64,000 nucleotides of DNA from Schmidtea polychroa (Eukaryota), in contig CM097885.1 in the NCBI GenBank assembly GCA_044892525.1, positions 8,620,001 to 8,684,000 on the forward strand. Reading direction: 5' to 3'. Below the pieces are notes generated by a model, which was not told the DNA's origin, made no database searches, and saw only the letters and a list, made by a program, of their open reading frames with translations. The translations under genes were made by a program, and so were the position numbers. Shown in pieces: positions 14,380 to 24,262 of the stretch. The number at the start of each line of letters is the position of its first letter. The first letter of the stretch is position 1.

Positions 14380-15550
14380 AGTCATTAAAGTACAACGTCA
14401 CTGAGCACGCAGCCTTGACGTATGCAGGTCACTGCCTGGCACGCACCTTTTTAATATACGTGACCGGGTCGTCGGAGGTCGTACCGACTCTGTGGTATAG
14501 GCCACTGGGTTCGTCGATGAATTAACTCTGGGTGAACGAGTTCTTAGAACTCGTTATCGATATTATATTACGGTAGTATATTACCGATGTACATACACAT
14601 TTGGGCTTGTCGAAGTGAGCACAGTGAGGTTACGAAAGCAAGCAACTTTCCTTAAATCGACTTTGTTTTCACGTATAAAATACATATAACCTGCACACTA
14701 AAAATCAACACGAATACAGTACACTAGGTATTAAAAACGGAGTAAAGCTCCAGACTCAAGTAATCACATTGTCTGATACAAATTGTAGTTGGTTAAATCT
14801 AATATTACTAAAGATGTCAATTTGTGCGTGGAACTTATAATGAAATATGCATTTCGGAGTGAGAATTGAAACTTAAAATGAGGTGCGATGAGTTGCCGAT
14901 GATGACCATGACAAGTTCAGGGTTCCGAAATAATGAACAAATGATCACAGAAAGGACTAAACGTCGAAAACGAAAATTATGTCAGAAGAAAACAACTATA
15001 GCTTGGAACGCTACGAAATGGATATGCGCAATGCGGGAATCCACAATACATTAACTAAAATCAATTTTGGAAGTTCGAAATAATTCAAATGAAACCTTTT
15101 CCTAAATTATAAATCGGATACGAATAAATTCTAAACTCGGTAATAATGTCATAGTTAACTTCTTAAATGAAGGTTTATTTATAATCTTCTCTAATAATCT
15201 TATATTTAACTGCCTAAATAACGAGTTATTTATAATTTTTCTAATAACTAAATAAAATAATTTCCCATATGTTTTATGCTTAACATTTCTTATGATTATA
15301 CCTAACCCTTTTATAGTTGATTTTGTTCCTCATCCCTCTTATAATTTTATATGGTTAGAATTACTCAGCCATTAAATCTAGGACCTATCATGGTTACTTC
15401 AAATTTTGTTAAATTATACTTATTGAAATATCCTGCAAATCCCAAAAAATTCACCCACAATCCTTATCAAATTTAATGATTTTATTATACCAAGATTTAT
15501 AAAGATTTATCATATTAATAGTACCTAAGTACCCATTACCCATGTGGATA
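14380..15550 (-). mobile_element. Possible highly decayed LTR (Gypsy-like) retroelement remnant
   Basis: Minus strand near 15430-15455 reads FLGFAGYF (Gypsy FLGLAGYY-like); GC-richer non-coding block at 14380-14760; no intact LTR pair seen. Confidence 0.3.
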
Positions 15551-15610
15551 AGCCATTTATTTGTGTATATTTATACTAATAATTAATACTAATATATATA
15601 TATATATATA

Positions 15611-15800
15611 AAGAAAATGGATTTGTGATTTTGGATCATGATGTTTATGTGAAAAAAGTAAATGAAGTACTCTCAGGTTCTCAATTTTTAAAAATTGATA
15701 CGTTTCGAAAAAAAAGGAGATTACTATGTTGTGTGATTTGGTTAAAAATACTCATATTGATGAAGAGGTAGCAAAATTAATTCACGCAAAAGGTTCTCTC
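15611..15800 (+). mobile_element. Penelope-like element fragment continuing the 13323 piece
   Basis: KENGFVILDHDVYVKKVNEVLSGSQFLKI matches the DKGN..VI.D...Y..K...LL pre-RT motif. Confidence 0.65.
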
Positions 15801-16184
15801 TTAACTGTGTTGGTAGTTGCGACTTGTTGCGTTTCTCGATTTAATTATACGTGTTTTATTTATTCTCAATGTATTGCGTACCTTACTTTATATTATTTGG
15901 TGTATGATCATATATTTAATTCAATTTGGTGCGGTTTTAATTCTATGTATTTCCGACTCATTAAAACAAGCTCTCAATTTTTGGTTCTAACCCAACAGCA
16001 GTTTTAACATAAAGCAAGAAAGTAATTAATCTATCAATACCAAAATTTGATCTGATCTAATCATTGTGGGTATGAGGAACAGTGTTGGTGCGGCATGTAG
16101 AAGATGAGACCTTCTTATCTCTTTCGCATGAGGTTTCCCAAATACATCTTTACGTGATTACTAAAAGATATTACATATTAGATA

Positions 16185-16630
16185 AGTAGATGGATGTGAC
16201 ACCGCCAGATCATGTCACCGCTAGATCACCTACCCCCCACCCCCCCCCCCCCCGACAGAAAAATTTTTTTAAAGATTTTTTTTTCAAGGTCAAATTTTTA
16301 ACAAAGACAATGACTCATCAAGGTCATTGAAACAAAGAATTTTTTTTTGTTTTAATTATCGATTATTATTAAGTGATCTAGCGGTGACATACCATTTGAC
16401 TTCCCAGAACTTTTTCAATTTTCAAAATTATTTAAATATTTATACATCATTTTGAAGGCCAGGCAAAGATCTATCTTTTGAGCCATAGAAATAATTTTTA
16501 TCATCAGTGGTACAAAAGTTATTAATTTTTTAGTCAGAGACTGATTTATGGTTAAAATTTTCAAAAATGTTCAAAGTTTACTAAGTAATTTGCGGGTGAT
16601 TTGTCAATCATCCAATCAGGTACGACTTTG
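16185..16630 (+). repeat. Left TIR of the Polinton (about 445 bp)
   Basis: Reverse complement of 27432-28086 minus the internal duplication; followed by (ATT)n at 16685-16832. Confidence 0.93.
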
Positions 16631-16714
16631 TTTATCATTATTATTGGGAAAGATATTAACGCCCGCGCGGAATATTTTCAAAAATATTATTATTATTTTC
16701 AAAGTCTTAATCAA

Positions 16715-16832
<118 letters not shown>

Positions 16833-16913
16833 GGGTAATGCTCGCAAGGGTACTGGTCACGCTCAACAAGTCACAAGGGTATTATTAAACAAATCAACAA
16901 AACATACATTTAT

Positions 16914-17413
16914 TTAAACAATAAAATAATGTAAAATTAACAAAGGTAAACTAAATATTGATGTACTACTATTCGCAGCAATATTGTTTGAAATTGGTAA
17001 CGTCGAATTGATTTTCAGATATTCTATTGATCCTTTGATTGTTTGAATTTCTCCTAATAATAATTCGATCATTTTAACAAATAATCATGCTTCTTATCAA
17101 TAATTTTCATATTCTTTTTATTTTCAACAATAGAGTTATTGAAAACTTCAATATGATCAATCAATTTAATTTTTATATTTTGTATATATGCAAATGATAG
17201 TTCATAACTGTTTTCTAAATTCTCCAATCTTTGAGATATTCTTTTTCCTGGATGCTTTGACCATTTTGGTTTGTCAAGAATATATAAAATATCCATCAAC
17301 TTGGCTGTATTCGGACAAACACATATTGATTTATTAAAAGACTCCACTGTTATTGTTGTATTGTGTGAGCACACACTCGTTATAATAATTAGCAATATGA
17401 ATATAGTTTTCAT
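16914..17413 (-). pseudogene. Polinton accessory gene: predicted secreted/surface coiled-coil protein with a hydrophobic C-tail; one frameshift
   Basis: Signal peptide MKTIFILLIIITSVCS; a 1-nt shift at about 17072 continues the frame as MIELLLGEIQ...SSTSIFSLPLLILHYFIV*. Confidence 0.65.
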
Positions 17414-17518
17414 GGTGTATCAAATCAAAACCTTTCTTTTACATTTATAGTCTATCAACCAATCAAAATCATACGGTATTAGTATAAATAAAACATCATA
17501 TTTTAAATTATTGTAGAA

Positions 17519-18034
17519 ATGTCTCATTTTATGGAAAATCTTTTAAGCGAACTTATCAATAAGAATATTATGGAAAGCCTCAGTTTCCTGGTCGATCGGA
17601 CCGAAAAGATTATAGAAGGAAATCATATTGATTATGAGGATGTGCTCAATTCCGAATGCCTCGAAACGAAAAAATTTTATTTTCATAGGATTTTTAACTG
17701 TCTATGCGACGAAGAGATGAAGTGGACCCGAATACTAGTAGGGTTCGCTTATATGAAGATCATAATCGAAAGAAGTTTATGGGACTCTGAACATTATTAT
17801 CAGTGGTCTCAAGAAGTAATACTTTTATTAATATTTATTTTATTAATATTTATTTTCTAGATAATCAAATCAAAGTTTCAGCCATGGATTGAAGCCAATG
17901 GCGGATGGGGCGTGCTGAATCAACTCGCCAGAAATGCGAAGGAAATAGATCAACAGAAAATCAAATTTAAAAACTATTTAAAACTTGCAACAGGTGTTGC
18001 TATTTTGTATGTTTTATGCAGGTTTTTTAAATAA
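17519..18034 (+). CDS. Bcl-2 family protein (156 aa, 2 exons) carried by the Polinton
   Basis: Intron 17816-17860 (GT..TTCTAG); BH1-like DEEMKWTRILVGFAY, BH2 FQPWIEANGGWG, C-terminal anchor LATGVAILYVLCRFFK. Confidence 0.85.
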
Positions 18035-18111
18035 AAATTAATATAGTTATTTTGTTTGATTTTTAAATAAAATTTTAAATAAATTTACAAACACTAATTA
18101 ACTAAAATTTA

Positions 18112-18536
18112 TTAATTAACACATTCACAGTCATCATCTCCACATTTCATTATATTTTCAACGACATGATCAATACAATCATTCGTAATATTATCTTTAG
18201 GTTCATCTTTAGGTTCCTCTATAGGTTCCTCTACAGGTTCATCTATAGGTTCATCTATAGGTTCATAGATTTCCTCATCAATTTCTTGAGTTTCTTCCTC
18301 ATCAATTTCTTGAGTTTCTTCCTCATCAATTTCTTGAGTTTCTTCCTCATCATCAAATCCTGTATCTTGACTCTCAACTATCCAGCCGATATTTAAGGCA
18401 TTTGTAATAGATAATATGTCCTCAATTTTCACACCAGCTATTTCTGCTAACTTTTCCAACAAAAAGTTGATTACAAATTCTAAATAATAAATAATTCGGT
18501 AATTAATTAATCATGTTAACCTTTTTCTGCAGTCAT
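18112..18536 (-). CDS. Acidic low-complexity Polinton protein, 2 exons
   Basis: Exon 1 MTAEK(E), intron 18480-18520, then an in-frame ORF with (DEEETQEI)x3, EP repeats and a Cys-rich tail. Confidence 0.7.
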
Positions 18537-18669
18537 TTTCATCACTTTAAAACTATATTATAAGTTTTTTTATAGATTTTCTTTGTTAAATTTGCATGTC
18601 ATTTGCATTTATGTTGCAATTAATAAAGAGAAAAAACAAATATGACTAATACATTTATTAAATATAACA

Positions 18670-19080
18670 TTAAAATATTTGTGAAAGTCTAGCAGACATT
18701 ATTTTCCAAATAGGAGAATATACATCATTATTATCAACTTTATATCCCTGGATTGCAATTGTTATATACCAATTTTCATTTTCTTTGAAACTGATTTCAT
18801 CAAAAGCATCATAAAATCTTGCATATCTATTGTTGAACCATGCATGTTGATTACACGACAGATTCGAATCTATCCGTTTAAAAACATCATCAATAGTTTT
18901 GACATCAATCATTGAAAGCGTGCCGGATAAGAATTGAAATTTAGTTGGAATTAGCTTGACTGGTGCAACCAATTTCATATTGATTTCTTCTTTCAAAAAA
19001 TACATTTTGTAGTTGTGGAACATTTGAACTGGTTGTACCATTTCTTTAGGTTTTTCGGTGCTTGAAATTTTCTTGGTCAT
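18670..19080 (-). CDS. Polinton hypothetical protein, possibly an OB-fold ssDNA-binding protein
   Basis: Intact 136-aa ATG ORF; beta-rich C-terminus WYITIAIQGY...SPIWKI is reminiscent of viral SSBs (weak). Confidence 0.55.
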   Translation of the reverse strand: MTKKISSTEKPKEMVQPVQMFHNYKMYFLKEEINMKLVAPVKLIPTKFQFLSGTLSMIDVKTIDDVFKRIDSNLSCNQHAWFNNRYARFYDAFDEISFKENENWYITIAIQGYKVDNNDVYSPIWKIMSARLSQIF

Positions 19081-19329
19081 CGTGAATAATGAATAAATTT
19101 AAATGTTACAGGGTTTTTATACCTTTGACTCATGCCTATCAACCAATCAGATTATAGCATGTCTTTGTTTAAATTGCATTCAAAATGCATTGATGTTGCA
19201 TTGTCACATGTTTTGTTATACGTTCTATTTACAGATTTATTATTTATGTGTTTTATTATTAATGTTTAAATTATTACATGTTTTGTTATATGTTCTATTT
19301 ACAGATTTATTATTAATGTGTTTCATTAT

Positions 19330-19515
19330 TATTAATTTTTTTTACTATTATTTCTATTATTATTATTACTATTCATATTTCTATTATTACTATTATTATT
19401 ACTATTCATATTTCTATTATTACTATTATTATTATTATTTCTATTTCTATTATTACTATTATTATTATTATTACTATTACTATTATTATTATTTATTACT
19501 ATTATTTATTACTAT
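19330..19515. repeat. Imperfect (TAT/TAC)n microsatellite inside the Polinton
   Basis: Direct reading; it produces the spurious poly-Tyr ORF. Confidence 0.9.
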
Positions 19516-19553
19516 TTCAAATATAAAAAAACACAACAGATACAAAAATACAT

Positions 19554-19971
19554 TTATTCATATCCAAGATCTACAATCCGGGAGTAGTGAAACCTTCTCA
19601 GAGTTTTCACTAACTCCCATTCGACATATCGCCAATATCGATCGGCACAGCATGAGCATCCGATGATGCATTGGTACTCCGGCTCCATTTGTTTCATAGT
19701 TCTGTTGATTTTGACATCCCATAAAAATTGGTGGAATACCTCCATGATTCTTATTTGGGTTGAATAAAAAATCAAATCAGGTATGATTTCCGGTTCCCGA
19801 TCCTTGATTACTTCAGCAATTTGCGGATAATAATATTTTATCCTATTGATCATTATTTCTAAATATTTTTCTAAAATAATAAATATAAAAAAATGTGAAA
19901 ATAAAAATTTTAAATTTACCATAATCGTCAATATCTTTCATGAGATTCGCGGCGCTCGGAATTTTGTACAT
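19554..19971 (-). CDS. Polinton hypothetical protein with CxxxCxCC motif, 2 exons
   Basis: Exon 1 MYKIPSAANLMKDIDDY(E), intron 19871-19919, joined in frame to KYLEIMINR...CIIGCSCCADRYW. Confidence 0.7.
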
Positions 19972-20043
19972 AGTGAAATAAATGAATCCTAAACAAAAAA
20001 CCGTTTGTTTAAATCAATCAATAACCAATTAGAAATTAACCAA

Positions 20044-20481
20044 TTAGAAATCGACCAATGAAATTATCTCATTTCGAACATTGTCAACAAATTCTCTATA
20101 CTCCAAATTTCTCAACCCCAACATGACAACCTTTCCACTAGCAAACACGTTGACACATATAGGGTTATATTTTAATAGTCTTAGTGCCGGAAACAATTCC
20201 GGTTCAAACATACAATCACATTTTTTCGACATGTTATATAGATTGATACTATGTCCCATATCCATAGTAACGGTAATTGATTGGATTATAATATTATTTA
20301 TTCGATATTGTAATTTATTAATATCCAAAGGTTACTTACATCCCATGATTCTGCATTTACCAGTCTTGAAAAATATTATCGGATATTTCCCACTTCTATC
20401 GATAATTTGCTGGGGTTTCCCTGGTGGGAACCTCATATTCGATACATCAAAATTTCCTCGATAATTTATATTTGCTAACAT
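20044..20481 (-). pseudogene. TATA-binding-protein-like gene with one in-frame stop
   Basis: Repeat 1 IIFFKTGKCRIMG; repeat 2 IQSITVT...FEPELFPAL...VNVFASGKVVMLG (TBP: YEPELFPGL..LIFVSGKVVLTG); TAA at 20332-20334. Confidence 0.85.
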
Positions 20482-20580
20482 TATTAAATCATTTATGAAA
20501 ATTATTCTTTATATACAAATTGAGCACGAGTTCATTAAATCATCGAATATAAACAAATACACATATATAAAATTTTTGAA

Positions 20581-21207
20581 ATGGAATTAAGAAATGATGC
20601 AGTATACCAAATCGTTGGTCCGAGTGGTAGCGGAAAAACATTATTTGTTTGTAAAATTACTAAAATCAAATTTATTCAAATCAAAATTCAACAGGATTTA
20701 TTGGCATAGGGTGCTGATGAAGAACATGGATTAACTCAATCAAGTTTCTGTAAATTAAAAAACATGAAAATTGTAAAGGGATTCGATAAAAACTGGTCCA
20801 GCCGATTAAAGAAAGGTGATGTCATTATTATCGATGATTTGTATCAAGAAGCTAATAAAGAAAAAGATTTTAATAATTTATTTACAAAGATCAGCAGACA
20901 TGTCGGTGTAACAGTTATTTTCATAACACAAAATCTATTTCATCAAGGTGGGGCACATCGAACACGTAATTTAAATATACAATATTTAGTTATTTTCAAG
21001 AATCCTAGAGATGCAACAGTGATTGATTTTCTTGCACGTCAAGCATACCCTAACAATCGTAATTTTCTTATCAGTGCATTTCAAGATGCTACAAAAATAC
21101 CTCATGGATATATATTTCTTGATTTCACACAACAATGTCCCGATGATTTACGAGTAAAAACAGATATTTTCAACCCAAAAGGTGCCATGGTTTATAAACA
21201 AAGTTGA
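20581..21207 (+). pseudogene. A32/FtsK-like genome-packaging ATPase
   Basis: Walker A GPSGSGKT (20617-20640), Walker B VIIIDD, SRH..ITQN..RT..LN..Y.VIFKNPRD; compensating +1/-1 frameshifts at about 20655 and 20710. Confidence 0.92.
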
Positions 21208-21225
21208 AAACCTCTATGAATAATA

Positions 21226-21752
21226 ATGTTTCTAAAAGCAAGGGTGAAAAATATTAGGAAATTAAGAAAAAGTATTAGAAAGAGTATTAAAGTTCCAAAA
21301 GTTCCACCAACAACTAGTTATACACCGTCTAAAAAACTTGTAACTGAAAATTTCTCTGCAATGAATCTTATTTCGAAAAATCCTAAACCTAAACGTAAAA
21401 CTCGTAAAACCCGTAAAACCGGTAAAAAAGTAGTTAAAAATCATCGCAGTTTTCCATTTTTTAATGCATTGTTAAAGGCCCCGAGTATGAAAAGAATGAA
21501 TATATTGCAATCATTCCCAAATTTTGTTGTCGATGATTTACTCAATATTATACTTAAGTAGTCAAAGGCAAAATTAAAATCAGTAAATCAAAAAAGCATT
21601 TATTGAGCAAACATAGGAAACCATTGTTATCTTTAGTAAATAATAAAAATCGTAAGCAAATGAGGAAAATTATATATAAACAACAAGGTGGATTTATTGG
21701 TGCATTGATACCTCTGGCATTATCATTATTAGGTGGAGTTACACAAACATAA
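21226..21752 (+). pseudogene. Lys/Arg-rich putative core protein with C-terminal QQGG|FIGALIPLALSLLGG hydrophobic peptide; one frameshift
   Basis: Basic ORF 21226-21561 continues after a 1-nt shift at about 21558 to TAA at 21752; the xGG motif resembles adenoviral protease cleavage sites. Confidence 0.7.
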
Positions 21753-21755
21753 ACA

Positions 21756-21983
21756 ATGGGTGCTAATCCTTCATTGCCCGACATTAAATTTAATTTTAAA
21801 TCTTCTTGTTGTAATGGAGAAGATTTGGACGAACCCAGAAGACGAAGCCGGTTTCGGTGGAGTGGCAAAATTAAAGAAAAGAGTTCCGAATTCGAAAAAA
21901 GAAACCCAGAAGTGGTTATCAGATCAGCTTGCGTACAGTTTGAACAAACCAATGCGGAAAAGATTTCCAACAAGAGCGTATAA
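21756..21983 (+). CDS. Small putative myristoylated protein overlapping the integrase start in another frame
   Basis: MGANPS fits MGxxxS; SSCC; basic RRRSRFR; starts 3 nt after the upstream stop. Confidence 0.5.
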   Translation: MGANPSLPDIKFNFKSSCCNGEDLDEPRRRSRFRWSGKIKEKSSEFEKRNPEVVIRSACVQFEQTNAEKISNKSV

Positions 21984-22201
21984 AACATTTGGTATTGACG
22001 ATTTATGGCAAATGGATTTGATGGAGATGATACCTTATTCGAAAATTAGCAATGGGAATAAATATATTTTAACATGTATTAATGTATAGAGCAGGTTTGC
22101 ACGAGCAATACCAGTCAAGGCAAAATCTGCAGAAGTAATGTCCAAGGCAATTAATATTTTATTTAAAGATGGACATCCTAATAACTTGCAAACAGATTTA
22201 G

Positions 22202-22257
<56 letters not shown>

Positions 22258-22887
22258 TTAGGTAAAGAATTCTACAATAGTAAAGTTAAGCAAATCCTCG
22301 ATAAACTGAAAATAAATCACTACTCGGTACATTCTCAATACAAAGCTGCCCATGTTGAAAGATTTAATCGAACATTGAGAGATAGATTAAAGAAATTGTT
22401 CGTGCATCAAGGTAATAAAAAATGGGTAAATGCTTTACCGAAAATAATAACAAGTTATAATCATTCATCACATCGAGGACTGAATGGATTGAGACCGGTT
22501 GATATTACATCAAAAACACCAGTATCTAAGAAATCTGTAAAAATTGCAAAACCTAAATATAAAGTCGGTGACCATGTTAGAATTAGTAAAATTAGTGCAT
22601 CACCATTTATTAAAAATTTTGATACAAATTGGAGTGATGAAGTCTTTGTAATTTCAAAAATAAATACTAAACAGAATCCTGTAATGTATGTAATCAAAGA
22701 CAATGATAATAATATTGTACAGGGGAAATTTTATGAGCAGGAATTACAAGTCATTCCTCCCCCAAAAGTATTTAGAATTCAAAAAATATTGAAAACTAAA
22801 AAGGTCGGTAAGGATAAACAATACTATATCAAATGGCATGGTTATCGAAACCCGTCATGGATATCAGCAAAAGACCTAGTAAAGTGA
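21814..22887 (+). pseudogene. Retroviral-like (c-) integrase with C-terminal chromodomain; one in-frame TAG, one intron
   Basis: AGFGG..KL N-terminus; D (WQMDL), D (LQTDLG|KEF), E (HVERFNRTL); YYIKWHGY..SWI chromodomain; TAG at 22087-22089; intron 22202-22261. Confidence 0.95.
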
Positions 22888-23901
22888 ATTTTTATACTAT
22901 TTTGCCGAGCAATAGTTGTCCATTAATTCATCCAGAAAATCAAGCAAGCAAATTCATCATCGAACTCCAAAACCCTATCTATTTGGATAATGACTGGGAA
23001 GTTGCTCTGTTGGATTTTACATTTGTATACAATTTATTCCCAATCTATAGCAAATCAGTTATTGAATATAATAAGAAAGTAGCAGTTACGGAATATATTA
23101 GTGTTCTTATCGATAAAGATAGTTATAACTTGACGAGTTCATCGAAATCAAGGAAACCTATAATTTATGATGATGGTCAATATTTATACATGAATTGCTT
23201 GAATAAGCCATTCGAAATTATATTTTCTACAGTGGCTGATGCTAAACGTCTTGGATTTTCTGATTTACGTAATGTATTTAATGATACAGTCAAAAAAAAA
23301 TCTCTCTACACTTCCAAAAACTAATAATTTAGTGGAATTCAAATTTAAGCTATCATACATTGAAATAACTGAGCATGCATATACTTTTAAAGATAATTTA
23401 TATATTACAGACCTCGAACAATTACAATCTTATTTAGGTGAGAATTGTAGCGATATTTTAACAGTTTTTGAGCTTCAAAAAGATAAAGTATTTAGATTTA
23501 GTATAAATTCTAATCTTAGTCAAGTTAAATTTGACTCAAATTTGACAAAAACATTAGGATTGACTAAACCAGTATGTACACAAAATGAACAAATTTGTGA
23601 AGGAACAAACAAACCGAAAATCCTTAAACATCATCAGCAAATGTTCATTTACAGTAATATCGTGGAACCAGTTATTGTTGGCGATTCTAGTGTTCCTTTA
23701 ATGATATCTATATGGATTGAAAAACATGATCAAGATGAAGTTGTACAAATCAATGTAGAAAATCCCATGTATTTACCTGTTTCAACATCTTGTATAAACA
23801 ATATAGAAATAAATATAAGAGATGATTCTGATCAATTAATCGAATTTCCAAAAGGTTCAAAAACTCATTTGACATTACATTTTCGTAAAATAAATGGCTA
23901 A
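22884..23901 (+). pseudogene. Minor capsid protein (penton-like); frameshift in an A-run
   Basis: FYTILPSNS..PEN..SKF..L..PI.L..DWEVAL N-terminus and MFIYSNIVEP...YLPV...IEINIRD...HLTLHFRK C-terminus; shift at about 23295; start is GTG overlapping the integrase stop. Confidence 0.88.
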
Positions 23902-24262
23902 TTCTGATATTATTAGTATGTATAGTGGTAGCCAATCTGGTGGTGAATTACCATATTTTATTGGTAAACAGTACGGATCAGGATGGTTGAGAACAATTGG
24001 AAGATTTGCCCTGCCTATTCTTAAACGTATTGGTAGTTTTGGTATGAAAACTGCAAAAGATGTTATTATGAATGAACAGAAAATATTACCATCTCTAAAA
24101 TCAAATGCTTTAGCTGAATTAGGGAAAGTTTTACCCGGGGTTGCAGGTATGTTTCAAAAAGAAAAACCTCCAGCTCCAGCTCATGCTCCAAAACGTAAAA
24201 GACATGGAATATCACGTATAAACAAACGAATGAAAGGCCATGGAACTATATTTGCAAAATGA
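23894..24262 (+). CDS. Polinton core / membrane-active precursor protein
   Basis: QSGG and QYGSG motifs, amphipathic WLRTIGRFALPILKRIG, basic tail; lies between the two capsid genes with overlapping start/stop codons. Confidence 0.75.
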   Translation: MANSDIISMYSGSQSGGELPYFIGKQYGSGWLRTIGRFALPILKRIGSFGMKTAKDVIMNEQKILPSLKSNALAELGKVLPGVAGMFQKEKPPAPAHAPKRKRHGISRINKRMKGHGTIFAK

